DNA of 64,000 nt, taken from Halarcobacter sp. GTDB lineage: Bacteria; Campylobacterota; Campylobacteria; Campylobacterales; Arcobacteraceae. The translations under genes and the position numbers were made by a program. The DNA is taken from positions 2,272,001 through 2,336,000 of the forward strand of contig CP182352.1 in NCBI GenBank assembly GCA_048571215.1, given 5' to 3'. Below the pieces are notes generated by a model. That model did not search any database and had not been told where the DNA came from. It was given only the letters and a program-made list of their open reading frames with translations. This document shows, piece after piece, positions 7,793 to 18,100 of this stretch. Every line of letters begins with the position of its first letter. The stretch's first letter is position 1.

Positions 7793-10462
7793 ATGACTAA
7801 ATATAATTTTACATTAGAGTTTAAAAATGGAATATTTATAAATTTAGAATTGATAAATAAATGGTTTGATTTATTTCAAATTAAAACAAAAGCTTACGAT
7901 TCTAAAGATCTTAATGAAATATTTTCAAATAAGATTTTAGAACTTTTTTCTAGTTTAATGGAAACAATCAATATACCATTATTTAATGTAGGAAAAATTA
8001 CTCAAATAATTGAAAATGAAACTACATTACAAATAAATCTTTCTTTAAATAAAATTGAATATATACCAAAAGATATTTATACTCAAGTTCTCAATATAAG
8101 TGTAAATTTAATTATTGATTATTTTCAAAAAGAGATTACTACTGAAACTAAAAAAAATGTTTTTGATTGTGTTCAAAGTCAATTAATAAATCCTTTAAAT
8201 AACATTTCAAGTTCTGGAAAATCAACAATTCCTTTTTTAAAGGTAGTTTTTGAAAAAAACATTCCTTTTGAACATCTTGCTAATGGTATTTATCAGTTAG
8301 GTTGGGGAGCTAAAACAAGACTTTTTAATAGAAGTATTGTTGATAGTGATTCAGCAATAGGAAGTCAAATATCACAAAACAAAATTGCTACAGCTCAAAT
8401 GTTAAAGTATTTAGGACTTCCTTTTTCAAATCATATCGTAGTTACCACTGAAAAAGAGGCTTTAGAAGCTTCGAAAATATTAACATATCCCTTGGTTGTT
8501 AAGCCTTCAGATAAAAATAGAGATGAGGGTGTTTTTATAGATATTATGGATGAAAAAACTTTTTTAAAGGCTTTTAATGAAGTACTTTTTTTATCAATAA
8601 ATAAACAAGTCATTATTGAAAAACAAGTTTTAGGAGTTTGTCATAGGGTATTTATAGTAAAAAATAGATTACTTTATGCTGTAAAAAAATTGCCAATATA
8701 TATTAAAGGCGATGGTAAAAAAACTATATCTCAGTTAATTGATTACGAAAATAGTTTACTAGAAAATATTCCTCCTTGGAAAAGAACTTTTTATTATCCA
8801 AAAGATAAATTGACCTTAGAAGTTTTACAATCAAATAATATGGATTTTGAAACTATTTTAGAAAAAGGGGAAATTGCAAATTTAAGAAAAATAGAATCTA
8901 CACAATGGGGTGGAATAGATGAAGATGTAACATCATCTGTACATCAAGATAATATTGAAATAGCTATAAAAGCTGCGAGGGCTTTTAATCTTGACGTTGC
9001 AGGTATTGATATAATAAGTCCTGATATAAATAAACCTTGGCATGAAAATGGTGCAATAATAAATGAAATTAATTTCTCACCACTTTTAGGAGGTGGTGAT
9101 ATATCAAAAAAATCTATCCCTACTTTTATAGATACTTTCTTTAAAGACAACGGACGTATTCCAATTAGTGTATTTATAGGAGAAAATTCATTAGATAAAG
9201 TATTTGAAATACAAAAGAATATGTTTAAAAGTGGTAATAATGTTTTTGTTGTGTCTGATGAGGGATGCTTTAATCCAGATGGTTCGATATATAATATAAA
9301 CTTAAAGAATCACTATGCTAAATGTAAAGCACTACTAGCTGATAAAAGAGTAGAGTCTTTGATAATATCATCAAAAATTGACCCTTTTTTTAATGGTGAC
9401 CTTCCAATAGATAAGATTGATAATCTAGAGTTCTTTTCAAATACATCTAATACATGGAAAAATTTAGGAGAAAATATTTTAAGTGAAGATTATCATAATA
9501 TAATCAATGATTTTCTTCAAAAGAGTAAAGACCCCTTTTTTTATTTTAATCAAGGAAATTGTTTAAAGGAAAGTGGAAATTTTGTATATGCTAAAGAGGC
9601 ATATTTAAAAACAATAAATATAAATTCAAATCTTCTTGAGGTATATAATAATCTAGCAGTTACCCATCTAAGGTTAAAAGATTTACCTAGTGCTATTAAA
9701 GAGTATAGAAAAGCTGTAGAGCTACTTTTAAAAATAGATATATCAAAAATACCCCCACAAGAAATAATAAAATTTGATACAAAACATTTTGAACCAATTT
9801 TATATGAGACATTAGTTTTATTAGCAAAAAATTATATAAAAGCTTTTCCAACTTCAGGAACACTACTTGGCTTAGAGCGAGAAGGGGGATTGTTACCTTT
9901 TGATAAAGATATAGATATTGGTTTACCTTTTGAACAGATGAATGAAGCTACTATTTGTTTAGTTAAAAATGGATGGGAAGAGATTGAAGATTCATTTGGC
10001 TTGATTAACCCAAAAGCTTTTTTACATAAAAAATCTGGTTTGACTTTAGATATAGTTGGTTTTAAAAAAGATACTAATTCAAAAAAGGTTTTTGGTGGCT
10101 TATGGGTTGATGGTATTGCTGATAATCAACAAAGAATCACAGAGCATAATAATATGGAATTAAAAGAGATTCAATATCCATGTGGTTTGGGATGGGCATT
10201 AAAAGATTCTATTTCATGGCTTGTTTCAATATATGGAGAAAATTGGTGTATACCTGATAAAGGTTTTGATACGGTACTTGAAGCAAAAAATATAAAATCA
10301 TTTTCTTTACTTGTTCAGTATTATGGATATTCAAAAATTATTTTGTATTTTACTCAAAGAAAATTTGATAAATTAAATAGAACAATTAGCCTTTTTAGAG
10401 ACTATTTTCCTGATGATACTCTTTTTATAAAATTACAAAGGTATTTAAAAAATGAAAAATAG
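7793..10462 (+). CDS. Fusion protein: cyanophycin-synthetase-like ATP-grasp + TPR + LicD-family nucleotidyltransferase
   Basis: CphA-like 'YQLGWG', 'PLVVKP', 'AGIDII..DI..PW', 'INEINFSP', 'GRIPI'; TPR 'FNQGNCL...VYNNLAV'; LicD 'SGTLLGLEREGGLLPFDKDIDIG'. Confidence 0.75.
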   Translation: MTKYNFTLEFKNGIFINLELINKWFDLFQIKTKAYDSKDLNEIFSNKILELFSSLMETINIPLFNVGKITQIIENETTLQINLSLNKIEYIPKDIYTQVLNISVNLIIDYFQKEITTETKKNVFDCVQSQLINPLNNISSSGKSTIPFLKVVFEKNIPFEHLANGIYQLGWGAKTRLFNRSIVDSDSAIGSQISQNKIATAQMLKYLGLPFSNHIVVTTEKEALEASKILTYPLVVKPSDKNRDEGVFIDIMDEKTFLKAFNEVLFLSINKQVIIEKQVLGVCHRVFIVKNRLLYAVKKLPIYIKGDGKKTISQLIDYENSLLENIPPWKRTFYYPKDKLTLEVLQSNNMDFETILEKGEIANLRKIESTQWGGIDEDVTSSVHQDNIEIAIKAARAFNLDVAGIDIISPDINKPWHENGAIINEINFSPLLGGGDISKKSIPTFIDTFFKDNGRIPISVFIGENSLDKVFEIQKNMFKSGNNVFVVSDEGCFNPDGSIYNINLKNHYAKCKALLADKRVESLIISSKIDPFFNGDLPIDKIDNLEFFSNTSNTWKNLGENILSEDYHNIINDFLQKSKDPFFYFNQGNCLKESGNFVYAKEAYLKTININSNLLEVYNNLAVTHLRLKDLPSAIKEYRKAVELLLKIDISKIPPQEIIKFDTKHFEPILYETLVLLAKNYIKAFPTSGTLLGLEREGGLLPFDKDIDIGLPFEQMNEATICLVKNGWEEIEDSFGLINPKAFLHKKSGLTLDIVGFKKDTNSKKVFGGLWVDGIADNQQRITEHNNMELKEIQYPCGLGWALKDSISWLVSIYGENWCIPDKGFDTVLEAKNIKSFSLLVQYYGYSKIILYFTQRKFDKLNRTISLFRDYFPDDTLFIKLQRYLKNEK

Positions 10463-10889
10463 AAATATTTTAGTAATGGGAGTTTTTGATCTTTTTCATG
10501 TAGGTCATTTAAGATATTTAGAGTATTCTAAAAATCAAGGAAACTCTTTGATTGTTGGAGTTCTTAGTGATAAATCATGTCTAAAAATAAAAAGTAAAAA
10601 GCCCATCATCTCACAAGATCAAAGAATGGAAATAGTTAAAAGTTTAAAATGTGTTAATAGTGTTGTATCTCTACCTGATGAAAATATTTTAAAAGATGAA
10701 GTAAAACTTTTAGAATGGATTAATAATTTAAATATCAATGCAGTTGTAGTTAGTAAGGAGTGGGAAGGTTCCACTAAATGGGAAAAAAGAGTGCCCCTGT
10801 TTAAACAAAATGGCATAGATATTATTTATGCTCCTCATACAAATGGAATCTCAACTAGTGAAATAATGAATAGGATTTTATTAAAATAA
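10452..10889 (+). CDS. Cytidylyltransferase family protein (TagD/RfaE-like)
   Basis: GVFDLFHVGH (HxGH) motif, LIVGVLSD, C-terminal GISTS. Confidence 0.92.
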   Translation: MKNRNILVMGVFDLFHVGHLRYLEYSKNQGNSLIVGVLSDKSCLKIKSKKPIISQDQRMEIVKSLKCVNSVVSLPDENILKDEVKLLEWINNLNINAVVVSKEWEGSTKWEKRVPLFKQNGIDIIYAPHTNGISTSEIMNRILLK

Positions 10890-11049
10890 TGAAAAATATG
10901 TAAAATAAAAATAGATTTTCTACTTAAATATGATATTATATAAAATAGTTATATAAAGATAAAGTATCTTAAATTATAAGTGTTAGTTTTTATAAAGATA
11001 GTAAGATTTTCTTTTATTGAATCTTATGATAATGAAAGAGAGAAGATAT

Positions 11050-12111
11050 ATGATAAATTGTAATCAGCCTTTTTTATTTAGATATGACCCAGAAGTATTA
11101 GATATTTTTGAAAAGAACTCTATAAGTTTAGTTATTTCAACCTATCAAATAGGAAAAGTTATTATTTTAAGTGCTGAAAATGGAAAAATTGTGCAATTAC
11201 CAAGAACTTTTGAAGGTGTAATGGGTATATCATGTGATGATGAAACAATTAGTATTGCTACAAAAGATGAAGTTATAGTATGTCAAAACTCTACTGAGTT
11301 AGCTAAAACATATCCTCCATCATCAAATAAATATGATGCAATGTATATTCCTCAAGCTAAATACTACACTGGTGAATTAGCAATGCATGATATTTCATAT
11401 ACAAAAGATGGTTTAATTGGAATAAATACAAGATTTTCTTGTTTAGTCAAAATAGATGACAAGTTTAATTTTACTCCAATTTGGAAGCCATATTTTATAA
11501 ATAAATTTGAACCAATTGATGCTTGTCATTTAAATGGAATGGCTGTTGAAAATGACGAAATTTTATATGCTACAGCTTTTGGTAAAACTTCCACTTCTGA
11601 AGGATGGAGAAAAAACAAATATGATTCTGGACTTTTAATAGATGTTAAAAAAAATAAAATTCTTTTAAGTGATTTAAGTATGCCACATTCTCCTAGAGTT
11701 TATAAGAATTTTATTTATCTTACTGAATCAGCTAAAGGTGAACTTATTAAAATCAATAGAAAAACTTTAAAAAAAGAAGTTTTATGTTCACTGCCAGGTT
11801 TCACAAGAGGTATAGATATAAGAGGTGAACTTTTATTTCTTGGTATGTCAAAATTTAGAGAAGATCATTTATATGGAGATGCTCCAATTTTGAAAAAATA
11901 TGATAGTTTGAAGTCAGGAGTAGCAATATTCCATTTACCAACAAATACTCTAATTGGTGTAATTGAATATATTAATACCGTAAGAGAAATATATGATGTA
12001 AAAACTCTATCACATATTAGACCAAATATCTTAAATACAAATGATTCAAAATTTAAATTATCATTGTCAACACCAGAATTCACATATTGGGGAGAAAAAA
12101 ATGAATTTTAA
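11050..12111 (+). CDS. TIGR03032 / DUF4915 family protein
   Basis: SLVISTYQIGK, 'NTRFSCL', 'F.PIWKP.FI', 'DACHLNGMA', 'LSMPHSPR', 'PGFTRG', 'EIYDV' motifs. ATG at 11050 preferred over TTG at 11017. Confidence 0.9.
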   Translation: MINCNQPFLFRYDPEVLDIFEKNSISLVISTYQIGKVIILSAENGKIVQLPRTFEGVMGISCDDETISIATKDEVIVCQNSTELAKTYPPSSNKYDAMYIPQAKYYTGELAMHDISYTKDGLIGINTRFSCLVKIDDKFNFTPIWKPYFINKFEPIDACHLNGMAVENDEILYATAFGKTSTSEGWRKNKYDSGLLIDVKKNKILLSDLSMPHSPRVYKNFIYLTESAKGELIKINRKTLKKEVLCSLPGFTRGIDIRGELLFLGMSKFREDHLYGDAPILKKYDSLKSGVAIFHLPTNTLIGVIEYINTVREIYDVKTLSHIRPNILNTNDSKFKLSLSTPEFTYWGEKNEF

Positions 12112-15100
12112 AAACAAAACTATATCAAAAATTGTTAGTAATATTTTATTTAAGGATATGAATAAGAATATTTTAACAATCATGTCCACCGGTATAATAG
12201 TCACTTCATTAAGTGCAAATGGTCCCTTTGTATCGGGAACTAATCCTTTATCCTCAGTATCATACTCCCAACAAACTGCACCTACCTTTGGAGATTTAGA
12301 TGGAGATGGAGATTTAGATGCTTTAATTGGAGCATGGGATGGTAAGCTATATTACTACATAAATAATGGAACTAAAAAATCTCCCTCTTTTAGTTCTTCT
12401 ACTATGCCAAGTGGTTTACCTAGTACTTATGCTGGTCTTACTCAAATGCCTGCTATTGGGGATATAGATAATGATGGTGATTTTGATGTAGCTATAGCAA
12501 GACAAGAGACTAATACTACAGCTTCAAGTTCTATAGTTTATTATAAAAATAATGGGGATGGTACATTTAGTTCTTTTTCCCCCTCAGGATTACCTACTTC
12601 AACTGGAGAGAAATGGGGAACACTTACTTTTGCCGATGTTGATCAAGATGGAGATCAAGACTTATTTATGGCTCATGGAAAAGGTGGCGGTCTATCTTAT
12701 TATAAAAATAATGGTAGTGGAAATTTTTCAACTGCTACAGCTCCTTCAGGAATGCCTTCTGGTGTTTCTTATCCAATATTTACCTTTGGTGATGTAGATG
12801 GAGATGGTGATTTAGATATGTTTCATGGTGAATATAAAAATACAGAGATAGAGTATTATCGAAATAATAGTGGTACTTTTAATCTTGTAGCCCTTAATAC
12901 AGCTTTTCCTTCTTCTGACTTAACAAATCCTGGTACAAGTTCTACTCCATGGTTAATGCCTAATTTGGTTGATATAGATAATGATGGAGATTTAGATCTT
13001 TTTATTGGTAACTATGCAAAAGCTGGAAATAATGTTGGAATTATTTATAGAGAAAATAGTGCAACATCATTATCTTCAATATCTCCAAGTGATAATAGTA
13101 CGAATGTTTCAATCGATACTAACCTTGTGCTTACTTTTTCAAGTGCAGTCAATGTTAATAGTGGGAATATTTATATTAAAAAAACATCAGACAATACATT
13201 AGTAGAAACTATAGATGTAACATCTGGACAAGTTACAGGTTCGGGAAGTACTACTATTACTATTAATCCATCATCAGATTTAAGTAATGGTATAGAATAT
13301 TATGTATTAACAGATTCTACAGCCTTTATAAATGCATCTACAAGTAGTGCTGTAACTGGAATAAGTGATACAAAATTTTGGAGTTTTACAACAGTATCTG
13401 CACCTTCAACCGACTCAGACACAACACTAACAGCCTCAGCAACAGTTACAGAACCTGTAAGTTTATCAACTACAGTTGATACAGTTGGTGAAGCTGTAGA
13501 TTTATTTGATTTTACTATCACTGATGGTGGAAGTGGTGACACTTTATCAACAGATATATCTCAAATAGTTTTAAATACTTCTGGAACTGGTGATTTTAGT
13601 AAAGTAACATGGAGACTAAATGGACCTGATGCTACAAATGTAACAGGTGCTTATAACTCTAGTACAAACACTATTACTTTTAGTGGTTTATCTTTATCAA
13701 TTACAGATGGAGGAAATGAAACATATACTGTAAATGGGTATTTTAATAATAACACAGGTCTTACAGAAGATCAAACTTTTATACTAAGTGTAGATGGGGA
13801 TACTGATTTAACACTTGATGCTTCTAAAACACAGATGACAGGTTCAAATAATCCAATCACAAATGGTGGTGGAACTACAGTAGATGTTACAGCTACAAAA
13901 CTTACTTTTTCTACTGAACCATCTACAACAGTTGTTAGTGGAAGTACATTTTCAACTCAGCCAGTTATAAAAGCTGTAGATGAATCTGGCAATGTAGATA
14001 TAGATTTTAGTTCAAATATTATTTTAAGTGAGAATGGAGCTGGTTCATTAGGTGGAACAACTACAGTTGTAGCTTCTTCTGGTGTTGTAACTTTTTCAGG
14101 AATCTCTTATAATGCAGTTTCAGATTCTGATTCAAACTTCACAATCACAGCATCAGCAACAGGCTTAACATCTGACACATCAAATAGTATTAATCCAGAT
14201 GTAGTAGCCACAAAACTTGTATTTACAACACAACCAAGCCCAACTTCACTTCAAAATAGCGTACAAACAGACTTTGTTACAGACCCAGTAGTGGAAGCAA
14301 GAGATGCAAATGATATTTTAGATATTGATTATTATAATTCAGTAACTATCTCTGAAAATGGTGCAGGGACAGGAAGTTTTACAAATAACTCTACGAATGC
14401 TAGTGGAGGGGTTGCAACATTTACAGGACTTACTCTTTCTCATAATGCAGATGAAACATTTAAGTTAGTTGCTACAGGTGGAGATAGTATTTCAGGAACT
14501 AGTTCAAATCTTACAGTTACTTCAAATAATGCTCCAGTAACAACACTTCCAAGTGCACCAACTATCCATGAAGATGCAACAAATGTAGCCTTTGCCAATA
14601 CAATACAAATAACAGATGGGGATAGTGATAATCAAACAGTTACCCTAAGTGCTACAAATGGAACATTAAGCTTAACTCCAACTGGACTAAGTTTTACAAC
14701 AGGTGACGGTACAGATGATGCAACTATGACCTTTAGTGGAACCTTAGCAGCAGTAAATACAGCACTAGATTCATTAACATTTAGTCCAACTGCAGACTAT
14801 GATGGGAGTGCATCTTTAAGAGTTCAAACAAATGATGGAAATGGTGGAACGGATGATGATACATTAAATTTATCAGTTTTAAATGCACCAGAGATTACAA
14901 GTATAGTAAGAGGAACACCAAGTTCACAAAATACAAATGCAGATTCTTTAACATTTTATGTATACCTAGATAGTAATATAACAACAGATGCAACAGCAGC
15001 AGATTTTCAAGTTATCGGAACAACAACAGCAACAGTTACAAGTGTTACAAGACAAAGTATATATTATGAAGTAGTAGTTTCTGGTGGAAATCTAGCTTCA

Positions 15101-18100
15101 TTTAATGGAAGTGTTGGATTAAAGTTTGTAGATGATAATAGTGTACTAGATTCAAATGGTGTACCAATAGGTGGTGATGGAATTGACCACTTTACAACAG
15201 GTGAAACATATACAGTTGATAATACAGCACCAACTACAATAATATCAAATATAGACATAAGTGCAGATACAGGTACAAGCTCAACAGACTTTTTAACAAA
15301 AACAGCAAGCCAAACTATAACTGCAACCCTTTCAACTGCACTTGCAGGAGGTGAAGTATTATATGGTTCTATAGATGGTGGAAGTAATTGGATAGATATC
15401 ACTTCAAAAGTATCTGGCTCAGCAATCTCTTGGGATGGAGCAACACTAAGTGGAACAAACTCAATAAAACTTAAAGTAACAGATGCAGCAGGAAATGATG
15501 GATCAATAGCTACTCAAAGTTATACTATAGATACCTCTGCTCCAACAGCAAACCTAACAAGTGCAACAGATAATGTAGGAAGTGTAACAGGAGGATTAAG
15601 CTCAGGAGATACAACTGATGATACAAGTTTATTATTAGCAGGTACTAATGAATCAGGTTCAACAGTAAAAGTATATAATGGAACAACTCTTCTTGGAACT
15701 GCAACAGTTACTGGAACATCTTGGACTTATAGTGCTACTATTGCAGATGGTACAACTTATCAATTTAATGTAAAAGAAACAGATAGTGCTGGAAATGAAA
15801 GTACTGCTACTTCTAACTTTACTGTTATTGGTGATACCTCTGCTCCAACAGCAAACCTAACAAGTGCAACAGATAATGTAGGAAGTGTAACAGGAGGATT
15901 AAGCTCAGGAGATACAACTGATGATACAAGTTTATTATTAGCAGGTACTAATGAATCAGGTTCAACAGTAAAAGTATATAATGGAACAACTCTTCTTGGA
16001 ACTGCAACAGTTACTGGAACATCTTGGACTTATAGTGCTACTATTGCAGATGGTACAACTTATCAATTTAATGTAAAAGAAACAGATAGTGCTGGAAATG
16101 AAAGTACTGCTACTTCTAACTTTACTGTTATTGGTGATACCTCTGCTCCAACAGCAAACCTAACAAGTGCAACAGATAATGTAGGAAGTGTAACAGGAGG
16201 ATTAAGTTCAGGAGATACAACTGATGATACAAGTTTATTATTAGCAGGTACTAATGAATCAGGTTCAACAGTAAAAGTATATAATGGAACAACTCTTCTT
16301 GGAACTGCAACAGTTAGTGGAACATCTTGGACTTATAGTGCTACTATTGCAGATGGTACAACTTATCAATTTAATGTAAAAGAAACAGATAGTGCTGGAA
16401 ATGAAAGTACTGCTACTTCTAACTTTACTGTTATTGGTGATACCTCTGCTCCAACAGCAAACCTAACAAGTGCAACAGATAATGTAGGAAGTGTAACAGG
16501 AGGATTAAGCTCAGGAGATACAACTGATGATACAAGTTTATTATTAGCAGGTACTAATGAATCAGGTTCAACAGTAAAAGTATATAATGGAACAACTCTT
16601 CTTGGAACTGCAACAGTTACTGGAACATCTTGGACTTATAGCGCTACTATTGCAGATGGTACAACTTATCAATTTAATGTAAAAGAAACAGATAGTGCTG
16701 GAAATGAAAGTACTGCTACTTCTAACTTTACTGTTATTGGTGATACCTCTGCTCCAACTATTGCAATAACAAGTGATAAAGATGCACTAAAAGCAGGAGA
16801 AACAGCAACAATCACCTTTACCTTAAGTGAAGCAAGTAGTAACTTTGCAAGTGATGATGTAAGTGTAAGTGGAGGAACATTAACAAACTTTAGTGGAAGT
16901 GGAACAAGCTATACAGCAACCTTTACTCCAACTGCAGACTCAACAACTAATGGAACAATTGATATAGCAAGTTCTAAGTTTACTGATGCAGCAGGAAATA
17001 ATAATAGTGCTGCAACTCAAAAATCTATAACAATAGATACAGTAGTGCCAAGTGTAACAATAAGTTCAAGTTCAGATTCACTAAAAGCAGGAGAAACAGC
17101 AACAATCACCTTTACCTTAAGTGAAGCAAGTAGTAACTTTGCAAGTGATGATGTAAGTGTAAGTGGAGGAACATTAACAAACTTTAGTGGAAGTGGAACA
17201 AGCTATACAGCAACCTTTACACCAACTGCAGACTCAACAACTAATGGAACAATTGATATAGCAAGTTCTAAGTTTACTGATGCAGCAGGAAATAATAATA
17301 GTGCTGCAACTCAAAAATCTATAACAATAGATACAGTAGTGCCAAGTGTAACAATAAGTTCAAGTTCAAATGCACTAAAAGCAGGAGAGACAGCAACAAT
17401 CACCTTTACCTTAAGTGAAGCAAGTAGTAACTTTGCAAGTGATGATGTAAGTGTAAGTGGAGGAACATTAACAAACTTTAGTGGAAGTGGAACAAGCTAT
17501 ACAGCAACCTTTACACCAACTGCAGACTCAACAACTAATGGAACAATTGATATAGCAAGTTCTAAGTTTACTGATGCAGCAGGGAATAATAATAGCGCTG
17601 CAACTCAAAAAGTAATAACAATTGATAGTGAAATTCCTTCTGTAGTTATAACAACAGATAAAAATAGTGCAATAAATGGTGAAGTAGTAAACCTAAGCTT
17701 TGCCCTAAGTGAAGATAGTTCAGATTTCACAGTTGATGATATAACAGTATCTGGTGGAACAATAGATAACTTTGAACAAGATAATACAAATTCAAAATTG
17801 TATACAGCAAAACTAACAATAGATAATACTACCACCACAAAAACCACTTTAGATATAAGTGCAAGTAAGTTTGAAGATGCAGCAGGAAACCCAAATAATG
17901 TAGCTTTACAAAAAACTATTACAATCTTGCCAAGTGTATTAACATATACTCCAAGCTTAGATGCAACAGATATAGAACTAGATTCAACATTAGTATTAGA
18001 GTTTAGTGAAAAGTTAAATAAAGGTACTGGAAATATTCTTATAAAAAGATATAGTGATGATAATGTAGTTGAAACAATTGATGTAACAGGTACAAATGTA

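Noticed and set aside
7793..10462. Call as true cyanophycin synthetase (cphA)
   Set aside because: The Mur-ligase domain lacks its P-loop and is replaced by TPR and LicD; no cphB nearby.
12041..12100. ORF-track start of the giant protein at 12041
   Set aside because: It overlaps the TIGR03032 gene by 70 bp; ATG 12101 has a GGAG RBS and gives a plausible signal peptide.
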